DNA of 64,000 bases, taken from the NCBI RefSeq assembly GCF_004010195.1, contig NC_057719.1, positions 65,295,751 to 65,359,750 on the forward strand, written 5' to 3'. The notes beneath the pieces are model-generated. The model was given only the letters and a program-made list of their open reading frames with translations. It was not told the DNA's origin and searched no databases. The first letter of the stretch is position 1, and the number at the start of each line of letters is the position of its first letter. This DNA comes from Chiloscyllium plagiosum (Eukaryota). Made by a program: the position numbers and the translations under genes. Shown one piece after another: positions 12,291-24,591 of the stretch.

Positions 12291-13486
12291 AATATGTGGC
12301 ATTTTCCCTTGCAGAGTACAGAATATCATGAACCTTCCTGTGGCATTACTGCACATTCCTTTGCAGCTGGGTGGCTACTTCAGACCAGGCTGGCAACATT
12401 TGAGATAGTGGGCAGCAAATATGGTGCCTGTGGCTTGAACATCGGAAGGCCCTCAAAAGTATTGAGCATTTTACAGTACAAGATAGCACAAGAGGGGCAC
12501 CCTCATTATACATAATGAGCTAGGCAATGTAGAGTCACACGAGAAAAATCAGTAGGGCCCATGGAGGGAAATCATCCATGAAACTCTCCAAAACTGACAC
12601 TTACCTGATTTTTAGGAAGCATCAGCCCAAAGTCTGTAATTGGCATTTTTAGTATCTTTTGAATGTGTAAAATTATTTAATTTAAAAGTGATTGCTGCAC
12701 AGTTTTTTTTAATTAATAAATTATTCTGAACAATTTTTTAAATACCATTTCCAGATAATTAAAATCAGCCACTCAGTAGTGTGCTAAATGCATTCTTATT
12801 GATCAATTTTTGTGAGCCCATTTTCTAATATATTAATAAAATGGTACCACTCTTAAACATATCAAGGAATATATTTTGAAGTAAAAATTCAAAATCAGTT
12901 TTTTTAGTGCTTTCCAATCATCCTGACTCATGGTTGATTTTGTATTTGATAATATACATATGAGTTTGAATGGAAATTTTAGTTAAAAAAAAATCAGCTC
13001 CAAAAACTAGAGCAATTTGGAGACTAAATTGTGTCTGGCTTTCTAATTGTATCCAGAATGGAAACTGTATCCCAAGGTATAGAAATTTGCCTAGTTGCAA
13101 ACTGAAAGTAATTTACTGAGCCGCAACCTAGAACATAACCAGTATTAAGATGAGTTCCTCATGATCAGATCACTGCCTTGGAGCCACATTTAATATTGGG
13201 AACAGCACTGGAGAAAATAGATGAATGATTGAGCCATCAAACAGGAAGCAAAAAGTGGACGCAAAGTTAAAGTTCAAGAATGAAACTGAAAACCTGGACT
13301 AGAACCAGGTCCACAATCAATCAAACAGCACACATCAGTTTGGGCAGAGTTTGCTGAGTTTCCCATTTGATGCATCATCTTTTGATCTCAGCTTGGTATT
13401 TCTTTAGAATGAACATTTTCCATTGGCATGATGGGTCATTAGAAACAGGAGGTGGCCATTCAGCCCAACCAGACCATAACCCGCAA

Positions 13487-13580
13487 ACAAAAACAAAAAT
13501 TGCTGGAAAAGCTCAGCAGCTCAGGCATCACCGATGGAGAGAAATTAGATTTAACGTTTCCAGTGAGCCTTCATTCGAGC
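13487..13580 (-). mobile_element. Degenerate PLE terminal fragment (related family)
   Basis: aaattgctggaaaagctcagcag...ttaacgtttcc; reverse complement contains GAAACGTTAA. Confidence 0.5.
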
Positions 13581-14744
13581 CATAAGAGACCGAAGAAACA
13601 AACCAGACCATAACTCAGTCTGGTTTAATTTAATATCTATTGATCTCAGTATCCATCAATAGTTAAGCGAAAAGAATAGATACACAAGAAGCTCAAGTCA
13701 TAAGAAGGTGATTTGGAGGGGTTCTGTGTAAAAACAGATTCAGTCTTGCCTGTACAACTCATGGTGAAGAAATCTATCACGTATTGAGAGACCAGATAGC
13801 TTTTACAGTTTAATAACACACATCCCAGCAATAACCATGACATTGACAAAAGTAAACATATCTAATATTGGTAGCCTTTAGTAAAAGTTTAAAGAAAGAT
13901 ATTTTGTAATGGAGTACTGCACTGTTTGTACTATGCTCACAATTTTGCCTCAAATGAATCAATATCACCATGTACTATGTTTAAAGATAACCAAAACGGA
14001 AGAGTTTTTATGTATCTTAGTTGCTTCTGACATTCACTTCACCCTTGAAGATATCTCTAAATCTTAAATATTTTCATATTTTTCATTTTTGTCATAAAAG
14101 CCAAGTGAAATAATTTGTGTTGAATGTCTGCCTGGGGCCTGTATTGCAATTCTTTGAATCTCCCCATACCTGACCTATCATAAACAATTCTAGTATCAAA
14201 AGACTGAGTAAACAGCCATTTCCAAATTTGTAAATCAGTATACAGCAGTAACTTAGAATTTACTGAATTATGTACATTCAATTTCTCCTGGTTTTCAATC
14301 TCTGTTAGTTACAAGTTATATGTGCAAATGAGACCTTGTATAGAAATTGGATCTTGTACGATGTTATAATAAAGGGAAGATTCACAAAGTTAGTTAAGCT
14401 AAAATGAACAGGGTGCTGGAACTTGATGTGAGATATCCAAAGAACTTCAGGACGTTACAAATGAGTAGCATTATACTTAAATGTAGAGGTCTGAAAGGCT
14501 TAATATTGAGGCTGTCTGAAGCACTCTGCAATATGATGATATCATATGAGCTTGAGGATGTCAAACGGCTCAGGATGTCGAAAGAGTATGATCTAACATC
14601 TGAGTCTTCCTCATTATCCCTGCAATTATGTAACGTGTACATAGTTGCTATCATGCAATAATAACATTTTTTCTTAAGACAGGCAGTTTTTATTTTAAAC
14701 TGCCAAGTTGTTTTCCTCTATCACCTGAGTCCACGCAGACTGTT

Positions 14745-15418
14745 TAGACTTAGAGTCAAAGAGATGTACAACACAGAAAAAGACCCTTCGGTCCAACTTG
14801 TCCATGCCGACCAGATATCCCAACCTAATCTAGTTTCATGTGCCAGCACTTGGCCCATATCCTTCCAAACCCTTCCTATTCATATACCCATCCAGATGCC
14901 TTTTAAATGTTGCAATTGTACCAGCCTCCACCACTTCCTCTGGCAGCTCATTCCACACATGCACCACCATCTGTGTGAAGAAGTTGCCCCTTGGGGCCTC
15001 TTTTATATCTTTCTCCTCTCACCTTAAACCTATGCCCTTTAGTTCTGAACTCCCCCACCCCAGGGAAAAGACTTTGTCTATTTATCCTGTCCATGCCCCT
15101 CTTGATTTTATAAACCTCTATAAGGTAACCTCTCTGTGACGCTCCAGGGAAAACAGCCCCAGCCTATTCAGCCTCTCCCTCTAGCTCAAATCCTCCAACC
15201 CTGACAACATCCTTGTAAATCTTTTCTGAACCCTGTCAAGTTTCACAATATCCTTCCAATATGCACGCAATATTCCAACAGTGGCCTAACCAATGTCCTG
15301 TACAGCCACAACATGACCTCCCAACTCTTGTACTCAATAATCTGGCCAATAAAGGAAAGCATACCAAATATCTTCTTCACTGTCCTATCTACCTGTGACT
15401 CTACATTTAAAGAACTAT
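14745..15418 (-). mobile_element. HER1/CR1 LINE 3' fragment
   Basis: Reverse complement closely matches the CR1 copies at 9903-10368 and 38436-38978. Confidence 0.9.
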
Positions 15419-15581
15419 TCTGCCAAGAAAGAGAATGGAGGCAGCAAATCTACTAGTTAGCTGATGCAACATGATGAGCAGTTGTGAGGATCCATTGTAG
15501 AACATGGTAGCATCCACTGCAGACACCATTTAGTTGCCTCCTACTTATGAGTAACGATGGAGGTCTGGCAATTCCTTCAAG

Positions 15582-15762
15582 GAGAGAGTGAGGACTGCAG
15601 ATGCTGGAGATCACTGTTGAAAAGTGTGGCACTGAAGAACCACAGCAGGTCAGGCAGCATCCGAGGAGCATTCCTGATGAAGGACTTATGCCCAAAACAT
15701 TGATTCTCCTGCGCCTCGGATACTGCCTGATCTACTGTGCTTTCCCGGCACCACACTTTTCG
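15582..15762. mobile_element. PLE family A fold-back insertion, decayed
   Basis: Minus arm to ~15669, then a plus arm starting attcctgatgaaggacttatgcccaaaac; flanked by TCCTTCA direct repeats. Confidence 0.7.
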
Positions 15763-16469
15763 AATCCTTCACAGAACCTTTCAGAAAGGCCGCACATGCA
15801 GTTGGAAGAGTTGAACATTCAAGAATCCTACAGAAGAGGAACACGTGGTAATATTCCAACATGGAGAATCTGCAACTGATGGTACAAAGCTTTTCTGTCC
15901 AAATAAGAGGTGTGCAGCACCAAGAGTGAGCCAGGAAACTCCAAGGAGCTGAACACTTGTCACATCAGTTGTGATACCATTGGATACCAATGATCTACAG
16001 AATCTTTCTTAAGTTGAAGTTCAGCTGGAGAACAAACAGACATTAGAGGCTCATGAGTTAAGTTTAAATCCTTTCAAGTGGAAATCTTCAAAATGGTGCA
16101 GTTTACATGTTTAGAATGCAAGTAGCACAGGAAGCACTTACCCAAATTAAGTGTTGCCAACACAGTGTGTGGACAACAGAAGGTACAGCTACAGTGAGAG
16201 AAATCAATGGTGATAAAAGCAATTTGAAACAATAGTTTTGAAACAGAAATGTCAGAAAGGCAGAATTAAGGCAATAAAGGAGCAATTTAGAAGCCAAAGT
16301 AGGCACATTTTTGTGGAAAAAAACAGGAGATTATTAAGATCTTTGGTAAAGCAGGAGATCCGTTGCTTAAAGCATGGTTGAGGAAGGAAGTATTTATTTA
16401 AACTGAACACAGCAGGACTCATCCAGGGGAAAAATTGATTATGAAAGCACCAGAGATTATTATTTAGAA

Positions 16470-17100
16470 ACAGTGGAAATGTAAATCAGAAGATAAAGAA
16501 GTAAGTAAACTATTGTATATAACTGGCAGTATAGTTGGTGATGTTATATCTCACCAAAGTGTAAAAGAAGCAGATTTTTTGATGAAATTCTGAAAACTTC
16601 ATTACTTTAACCAAGTAAAATTCTTGAAAAAGCAAAATTTAATCAAAACATTCAGAATCTAGAAGAATTCACGGATAATGTCATTAACGACTTTTGCAGA
16701 TCAGTGGAAAAGTACATCAATTGTAACTGAAAGTCAAAATTTAGAAGAGAGAGCATTGTTGTTGGAATTCATGATAAGTTTTTCTCATATTTATTACGGT
16801 CAAACTAAAGTTTTACACAAGAGAAATTCATTCAGACGGCAAGTGAAGCAGAAGTCCGGAAGCAATAGAGCTCAATTCCGAGATACGAAATTCAACCTTA
16901 TTACAGGAGATCAGCAGAGTCCATGCAGTTCCTAAGATATAAAACCCTTAAGGCACATATAAGAAACCAATTCAGTAAGTAGAACAAACACCAGGCATTA
17001 ACAGACATTGTCAGTGCTATGGAGCAAGGAGACTTCATACACATAAGTAGTGCTCAGCTACTGCAAAGGAATTCTTTATCTGAAAAACACTCTGAGAAAA
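16470..17100 (+). pseudogene. Old Gypsy gag relic (different lineage from 8169-9479)
   Basis: Manual translation: EVSKLLY...ILEKAKFNQNIQNLEEFTDNVINDFCRSVE...RRESIVVGIHDK...TQEKFIQTASEAE, matching the ERAKF..R.Q...ES...F...L..LA..C......IRDRIVVG pattern, then a decayed Cys/His knuckle. Confidence 0.6.
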
Positions 17101-17235
17101 TATGCTAAAATAGGAACTGCAAGAAGTCAAAAAGCCATTAACACAAAGACCTTCATAAGAATAAAAAAAGTATGCAATAGTAAAAGTCAAAGGTTAACCT
17201 GAGACAAATGGGTGATTGAGATCTATTTTGTTGTC

Positions 17236-18780
17236 AAGAGAACAAACAAACATATGAATTAGGAAAGGGAATAGGCTACTTGAATCCACTGCAGCATTTA
17301 ATGAGATAATAGCTGATCTGATTGCTCTAGAGTCCTGCCTACTCTTAATAATCTCTCAACCCTTGTTTGTCAAGAACCAATCTATGTCCGCACTAAAAAT
17401 ATCAAAAGACTTTGTTGCCAACACCTTTTGAGGATGAGTTCCACAGACATATGATCCTTATTAGAAAAAAACTCTCCTCAGCTGTGTTTTAAATGGGTGG
17501 CTTCTTATTTTTAAACAGTGATTCCAAGTTCTAGATGCTCCTTTAAGAGGAAAGATCCTTTCTGTATTCACTCTGTAAAGACATCTTGCTGTCCTGTTTC
17601 AACCAAGCCATCTTATTTCTACTAAACTTCAAGTGATGCAAACCTAGCCTGACCAACCTTCCTTCATATAACAACTCACATTGTTCGAGTAAACCTTCTC
17701 TGAACTGCTTCAAATACGTTTATACCCTTCCTTAAATAAAAAGACCAATACTTATTGCCAATATCCTAAATAACTGAAGTCTAATTTTGTATTAAATTTG
17801 CCTCACAATAAACAATGATATTCTGTTAACTTTCCTATTTACTTGCTGTACCTGCATTGTGTAATTCATGCACAAAGATATCCAGATCCCTCTGTATCTC
17901 AGAGTTTAATCTTTTTCCATTTAGAGAATATGCTGCTTTATTATTTCATATTTCTATAATTTTATTATTTTACACTATACCCTTTGATGTGGTACAATAT
18001 TAAATACTTTCTAGAAATTGAAGGTACACCCATCTAACAGTTGCCTTTCTCCACATGATATATTACATTGTCAAAGACGAGCAATAATTTGGTTAAACAT
18101 GATTTCCTGTTCATAAAACCATGTTAACTTTGCCTGATTAACGTGACTTTTTTAAGTGCCCTTGTAACATATCTTTAATAGCTTGGAATATCTTCTCTAC
18201 AACTGATATGAAACAAATTGGGCGATAGTTTCCTGCTTTCTGCCTCCTTCCAGGTTTTAAGGAAACTGTTTTATTTGCTACTCTTGAAAATCTAGTGTGT
18301 TTTTTTCTAGTTAAAAGCAATGCATTCGCTATCTCACTCACCACATCTTTTAAAATCCTAGGATGAAGTCCAAACAGGGGACTATTCAGTCACATAAACA
18401 ATTTGTCCAATAGTACCACCCTTATGATTGAAGTTTTGAGTTCCTCCAACCCTTTCATTTCTTGATTGACCATAAACTCTTGTTATCTGTTTTCATGTTT
18501 CTAGCTATCTTTCTCTAATACAGAGGAACCTCGATTATCTGGTATTCAATTAATTGAATTTCAGATGATCTAAACAAGATCCCAATGTCTGGCTAACTAC
18601 ATTATCTGGCATCGATTATCTGGTATTCGATTAACTGAACAAACCCCACCCCCCACCTTTGTCCTTCATAAATTGAGGTTCATCTGTACATTATCTTATT
18701 CTCTTCTCATTAATATTTTAATCAAACTCTATCTTTTCTAAATATTTTGTCCAATCTTCTGACCTGCTTTTTAAAAACGT
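17236..18780 (-). mobile_element. Old CR1-clade LINE
   Basis: ORF 18138..18344 has RQKAGNYRPICFISVVEKI; CR1 3' UTR reverse complement at ~17240-17330. Confidence 0.65.
18521..18686. mobile_element. Tigger/pogo-like MITE
   Basis: TA at 18519-20 and 18687-88; TIR CAGAGGAACCTCGATTAT versus right-end reverse complement CAGATGAACCTCAATTTAT; internal repeated CGATTATCTGGTATTC. Confidence 0.75.
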
Positions 18781-18789
18781 TTCAGAGGT

Positions 18790-19085
18790 AATTGGTTTAA
18801 GATGAGAGAGGAAAGATTTAAAAAGGACCTCAGGGACCTCTGTTTTTAAACAGACGGTGGTGCATGTTTGGAATGAGCTGCCAGAGGAAGTGGTGGAGGC
18901 TGGTACAATTACAACATTTAAAAGGCATCTGGATGGTTACTTGAATTGGAAGGGTTTAGAGGGAGTAAGGTCAAATGCTGGCAAGTGGGACTAGATTAAT
19001 TTAGGATGCCTGGTTGGTTGGTATGGCCGAGTTGGACCGAAAGGTTTGTTTTCATGCTTTACAATTCCATGACTCTAAGACTCTA
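18790..19085 (+). mobile_element. HER1/CR1 3' end
   Basis: tggaatgagctgccagaggaagtggtggaggctggtacaatt... ending in a GACTCTA tail. Confidence 0.85.
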
Positions 19086-19629
19086 ACTTGATATTAACTT
19101 TAACTATTTCAGTTTATTACAGATGGTGGTTCCTCCCTTCGGAATTTTTCTTTCACATTGGTACATATTCGTTCTGTGAACCCTGATATATTCCATTAAT
19201 TGTCTGCCATTAGCCACATTGACCAATTTGTTAACCTAATTTGCCACCTCAGTTTACCTTATTTGAGTTTGATGAAGGGTGGATTGTCACTGTGACATCA
19301 GATTGGTTGGCATCATGGTTGAAGAAATGCAGTTGACAGCCTATAGTAATACAACTAAATGGTGCAGGCCTGACAAAAAACTGCAAATTAAAATGATTGC
19401 TGCAAGCAACTCTGCAACAGAAGGGGTAACATTGTATTTGTACTTCTTAATCAAGAATTCTCACTCTTGAGCATAAATCTGTGTGTTTTGACCCAAATTA
19501 TCTTCAAATAGCAGAAAGAGACAACTTTGTTAAAAGTCAAGGAACAGTCAGTGATGCAATAAAGAGACAAAGAACATTTGTTTTCTGACAGCCATAGAGG
19601 CGCAATGGATAAACCTGAATACCAAAGGA

Positions 19630-20230
19630 ACCTGCAAGGTACTGATCAGGTCGTGAATGAGGCAAAAGTGTGGAAGATGGTATTCAACATAAGTGAGTGT
19701 GAGGTGCTATATCAATGTAACAGAACATTACAAATTATAATTAATTTAGAAAGGTGAATGATGCGGAATAGAGGTATTTAAGGGTTCAGGTTTCTAAGAA
19801 CATTGCGCTGCATAAAAGGATACATCTGTTGTTAAAAAAAACTAATGAAATGCAGGGTACTGTATGGCAGGAAGCAGAGTATAAAAGCTAAGCAGTAATT
19901 ATAAACTTCTAAAAAATCCAAGCAAGACCACACAGTTGGAGTATTGTGTATAATCTTGGAATGCACATTCAAGGAAAGATATTAAGGCAATTGTAAGGCT
20001 ACAGTGCAGATTCACTCTGATGCTGTCTGTTGTGAAGCAACACAATTATAAAGCAATGGGAGCTTCTTTTTGTAGAATAAAGAAGTAAGCCATGATCTGA
20101 TAAGGATGTTTAAAAGTATTATGAAGGGATGAGACAATATAGGTAGAAACAGATCCTATCCAGTGACTGAAGGGCCTAAAACAAATGTACGAGATTTAGG
20201 TCGAAAGCAGAAAAAACATTTCGACACAGG
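19630..20230 (+). mobile_element. Highly decayed CR1-type LINE
   Basis: Remnants of WKMVFN..ECEV and LEYCV motifs. Confidence 0.5.
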
Positions 20231-20729
20231 ATTTTGCTCTTATTCATTCACAGGATGAGGGCATAGCTGGCTAGACCAGCAATTATTTACCATCCCAGGT
20301 TACTCTTGAGAACGTGAGTGACCTTGAACTGTTACAGTCTATTTGGTGTCTGTAAACCCACAATGTCATTATGGAGGGAATTCTAGAATTTTGACCCAGT
20401 GACAAAGAAGGAACAACAATGTATTTCCAAGTCAGGATTGTGAGTGGCTTGGAGGGGAACTTGCAGGTGGTATTGTTTCCACATACCTGCTATGTTTGCC
20501 ATTCTAGATGGTAGTGCTTCTAGGTTTGTAAAGTGCTGACTAAGGAGTCTTGGTGTATTTCTGCAGTAGATAGTACACGCACTATTGTGACTGAGTTTCA
20601 GTAGTGGAATGACTGACTTTTTATGGATTTATGTGAATCAAGTAGGGTGATTTGTCCTGGATGGTGTCAAGCTTCTAGAGTGTTGTTGGAGCTGCAGATA
20701 TTCAGGTAAGTGGGGAGTACTCTATAGCA

Positions 20730-21002
20730 AAAAGTGAGGTCTGCAGATGCTGGAGATCAGAGATGGAAATGTGTTGCTGGAAAAGCGCATGTAGAGGGAG
20801 AAAGACAGCTTCTTCAAGGAAGGCATCCTTGTAAGAGGATTCGCAGTAGGTTGAAATCTTTGAGGAGAAAGTGAGGTCTGCAGATGCTGGAGTTTTTGTA
20901 GAGGGAGAAAGAGAAGAAGGGCTAATGCCCGAAACGTCGATTCTCCTGTTCCCTAGATGCTGCCTGACCTACTGCGCTTTTCCAGCAACACATTTCCATC
21001 TC
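20730..21002. mobile_element. PLE family A mosaic fold-back insertion
   Basis: 14-bp TSD AGTACTCTATAGCA at 20716-20729 and 21003-21016; several short minus pieces followed by a plus arm. Confidence 0.8.
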
Positions 21003-21467
21003 AGTACTCTATAGCACTCCTGACTTGTGCTAGATGGTGGACAGACTTTGGTGAGTCAGGCAGCAAGTTACTCATTGCAAGATTCTGAGCCTCTGCCCTG
21101 ATCTTGTAGCCACAGCAATTATGTGAGGAGTCCAGTTGAGTTTCTAGCCAATTGTAATACGCAGGATGTTGACAGCAGGGGACTTTGTGATGGTAATGCC
21201 ACTGAATGTCAATGGTTAGATTGTCTCTTATTGGAGATGGTCATTGAATTAAATTTAGTTTAATTTATTGTCACATGTACCGAGGCACAGTGAAAAGCTT
21301 TGTCTTGCAAGCAATATAGGCAGACCACAGAGTTAAGTAGCATAGATAAGTAAATAATATGTAAACAGCGGCAAAACAAAAACTCAGGTACAGGCAAATG
21401 TTAAGAGTTTGTGAGTCCATCCAGTATTCTAACAACAGTAGGGTAGAAACTGTTTCAAAATCATCTG

Positions 21468-22535
21468 GTGCGTGTGGTCAGGCTTCCCAGAACCTGTGCC
21501 GCTGCAGTCACCCGGGTCATCTTCCAGTTCATATGGAGGTCAAAGATGGACCGGGTCCGAAGGGACTCACTGTACAAAGATCTGGGCAACAGGGGAAAAA
21601 ATACACCCAATGCCACCCTCACCCTGATGGCCACCTTTGTGTGTGGCTGCATCAAGCTGTGCGTGGATCCCCAGTACGCAAACACCAAGTGTCACTACGT
21701 ACTGAGGTTCTACCTGTCCCCGGTGTTGCGAAGGATGGGCCTGGCCTCGCTGCCGCGGAACGCTCCAAGTAGTTGGACCGTTCTGTATCACCTGTCCTTC
21801 GTGGAGAAGTTTATGAAGAAAAACATCTTTGACCACAAGTCCATCAGGAGGTGGTCAGCACGTAGTGTCCTTGAGACCCTTCGGGAAAAGGAGAGGGCGG
21901 ATGCTATCGAGCGGTTCCCTGAGCAGACTGTCAAAGCCATTTGGCAGAATGCCTCATCGCCAGAACTTTCCAACAAGCACCAAGACATGGCTTGGCTGGT
22001 GGTGAGAAGGGCTCTGCCTGTGAGATCCTTTATGCACGCCCGGACTCTCAGCCACACCGCACGCTACCCTCGAAGCGGCTGCGGGGGGGACGAGACTGTC
22101 ACACACCTCCTTCTGGAATGTGCCTATGCAGAGGAAGTCTGGAGAGGAATGCAGTGGTGTTTGTCGAGGTTCGTCCCGAGCAGCGCCGTGACGCAGGACT
22201 CTGTGTTCTACGGTCTGTTCCCCAGGACGCACACCGAGACGAAGATCAACTGTGCCTGGAGGATCATCAACTCGGTGAAGGACGCTCTCAGGGTGGTCCG
22301 AAACCTGCTGATCTTCCAGCTGAAGGGGTTGACCCCGACTGAGTGTTGCAGACTGGCACATTCCAAGGTCCAGGACTACATGTTGAGGGACGCGATGAAG
22401 CTTGGTCAGCTGCCGCCAAGGCACGGTGGGGAAAGACCACTGTGTAAAGTCTGCCTGCCTAACGAAGAACAGGGGGCCCATGCAGTCATTTGGGCTCTGC
22501 TGACGCCTCAGCTAATTATATGGGCATATGATTGA
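21468..22535 (+). pseudogene. C-terminal part of Tx1/L1 ORF2 (zf-RVT-like region); first codons come from flanking Rex sequence
   Basis: 355-aa ORF: IFQFIWRSK..., IWQNASSPELSNKHQDMAW...RALPVR, RYPRSGCGGDETVTHLLLEC...VW (zinc knuckle with first Cys as Tyr). Confidence 0.85.
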
Positions 22536-22672
22536 AAAATGTACAGACCTGTATAAAAAATGATAAATTCTGATCTCTGTATGTACATGTTTACATAAGT
22601 ATGGCATGACCAACTGTACAGACCATCAAATTATTTTATGAATAAAGTATATTTTTGAAATTAAATAAAAAA
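21487..22672 (+). mobile_element. Tx1/L1-clade LINE, 5'-truncated, apparently young
   Basis: GC- and CpG-rich, long open frame, ends AATAAAGTATATTTTTG plus an A-rich tail; the Rex sequence resumes across a TTC duplication. Confidence 0.85.
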
Positions 22673-23847
22673 TTCTGTATCTTCCCCCCAATGGTAGAGG
22701 TTGGAGAAAAACATTGCCAGGGTGGGATGGATCTTTGAAAATGCTGGCAGCCTTTCCTTGTCAGTGGGCCTGGTAGATGGACTCTATAGATGGGAGGTTG
22801 GCCTTTGTGATTGTCCGGGCCAAGTTCACCATTCTCTGTAACCATCTCTGATCTTGAATGGTACAGTTGCCATACCAGGTAGTGATACATCCAGACAGAA
22901 TGCTCTCGATGGCGTACCTATAAAAGTTGGCAAGGGTATTTGCCATCATGGCAAAATTTCCTCAGCTGCCTGAGGAAGAAGAACCTTTGTAACCAGTGTG
23001 TCCACTTGAAGAGTCCAAGAAAGCTTGCTGTGGATGACCACTCCCAGGAGCTTGACACTCTCCACTCGCTCAACCTCTGTGCTGTTATTGTGTAGGGGTG
23101 TATGAGTAACATCCTGCCGGAAGTCAATTATGAGTTCCTTGGTTTTGCCAGCATTGGTCACTGGCTGGCACTTGTGTTGTGCAAATGTTACTTGTCACTT
23201 ACCACTTGCCCAAACCTGGAAATTGTCCAGATCTTGCACACAGCCTACTTCATTATCTGATGAACTGAAAATGGTGCTGAACATTATATCGTCAACAATG
23301 AAACTCCCCAGCTGAAGGTGGTTGGGTCCAGCACACTAACCTGAGGAACTCCTGCAGAAATGTCTTGGAGCTGAGATGACTGACCTCCAACAAGCACAAG
23401 CATTTTCCTTTGTGATAAACTTGACTGCAACGAGCAGAGTGTTTTCCTCTTCAATCCAATTGATCCCAGTTTTAATCCTTGATGTCATATTCAATCTAAT
23501 GCAGCCTTGATGTCGAGGGTCGTCACTCTCACCTCACTTCTAGAATTCAGCTCTTTTGTCTATGTTTGAACTAAAGCTGTAATGAGGTCAGCAGTCGAGT
23601 GGCTCTGGTGGCTACTGAACTGAGCATCAGTGAGTAGGTTATTGCTAAGCAAGTGCTTCTCGATAGCCCCTTTGAAGACTTCTTTGACCACTTTACTGAT
23701 GATCAAGTGTGGACTGACGGGGTGTGAGCATTGGCTAGGTTGCATTGTCCTGTAGTGTACAGGACATTCATGGACAATTTTCCACATTGTTGTGGATATT
23801 CCAGTGTTGTAGCTGCAATGGAACAGCATGTCTAGGAGCATGGTAAG

Positions 23848-23970
23848 TTCTAAGGGTGAGTCATATCAGATTTAAAACAGTTCTCTCTCCGTAAATGCTG
23901 CCAGATCTACTGAGTTTATCCAGCATTCTGTTTGTTTCAGATTTCTAGTGTGCAAACTATTTTGTCTTTA
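23848..23970 (+). mobile_element. Degenerate PLE terminal fragment
   Basis: ttctctctccgtaaatgctgccagatctactgagtttatccagcatt...tcagatttctagt resembles PLE 3' ends and interrupts the host LINE. Confidence 0.45.
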
Positions 23971-24351
23971 TTCAGTACTATTGCTAGAATGTTGCCAGAG
24001 CCTATAGCCTTTGCAATATTCAGTGCCTCCAACCATTTCTTGATATTACGTGAAATGAATCAAATTGTTTGAAGATTGGCATCTGTAATATGAAGATCTC
24101 TGGAGGAGGCAGAGATGGATCATCCACCTAGTACTTCTGGTTGAAGATTGTTGTGAATGCTTCAGCCTAATCTTTTGCACAGATATGATTCAGGATATTT
24201 GTGGAGCATCCTCCAGGTTGAGAGGTTGTGATAGCTTGCCAGAGTTTGTCAACATTGAAAGCAATTGAAAGAAAGGAGAATAAAGAGCAATGGATCAATG
24301 AAGGCCTGTTGGATGAAGTCATGTGCAAGACAAGGAAATTGGACCAAGCAG

Positions 24352-24591
24352 AGTCTAGATTAGAGTGGTACTGGAAAAGTACAGCAGGTCAGGCAGCATC
24401 TGTGGAACAGGAAAATCGACGTGTCAGGCAAAAGCCCTTCATCAGGAAAAAAACCCTCATTCCTGATGAGAGGTTTTTGCCCGAAACGTCGATTTTCCTG
24501 CTCCACGGACGCTGCCTGACCTGCTGTGCTCTTCCAGCACCACTCTAATCTAGACTCTGATTTCCAGCATTTGCAGTCCTCACTTTTGCCT
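24352..24591. mobile_element. PLE family A fold-back insertion
   Basis: 15-bp TSD AATTGGACCAAGCAG at 24337-24351 and 24592-24606; ~100-bp inverted arms; plus-arm CTGATGA at 24463 and GAAACGTC at 24483. Confidence 0.85.

Larger units (their letters stand above)
21247..23154 (-). mobile_element. Rex1/Babar-clade LINE, 5'-truncated, split by a Tx1 insertion
   Basis: KTKELIIDFR...VERVESVKLLGV; FFLRQLRKF; TLANFYRYAIESILSGCITTWYGNC. 9-bp TSD TGGTCATTG (21238) / TGGTCACTG (23155). Confidence 0.85.
20238..24215 (-). mobile_element. Second CR1/L2-type LINE family, host to nested insertions
   Basis: ORF 23560..23841 (LF..SYNTGI..TMWKI...CPVH...IISKV...HLLSNNLLTDAQF...DLITALVQT) is RT N-terminal; 3' end near 20238. 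The family recurs near 36265, 39860 and 43507. Confidence 0.75.

Noticed and set aside
12600..12640. Consensus minus-strand donor CAG|GTAAGT
   Set aside because: No pyrimidine-rich acceptor nearby. It shows that isolated splice motifs occur on both strands, so host strand is not established.
15430..16000. Possible CR1 ORF1 esterase remnant (VVIPLDTNDL resembling VVVHVGTNDI)
   Set aside because: A single weak motif; too degraded to call.
21468..22535. Longest ORF (355 aa) as a host gene
   Set aside because: It is a 5'-truncated Tx1/L1 ORF2 tail with an A-rich end, nested inside another LINE.
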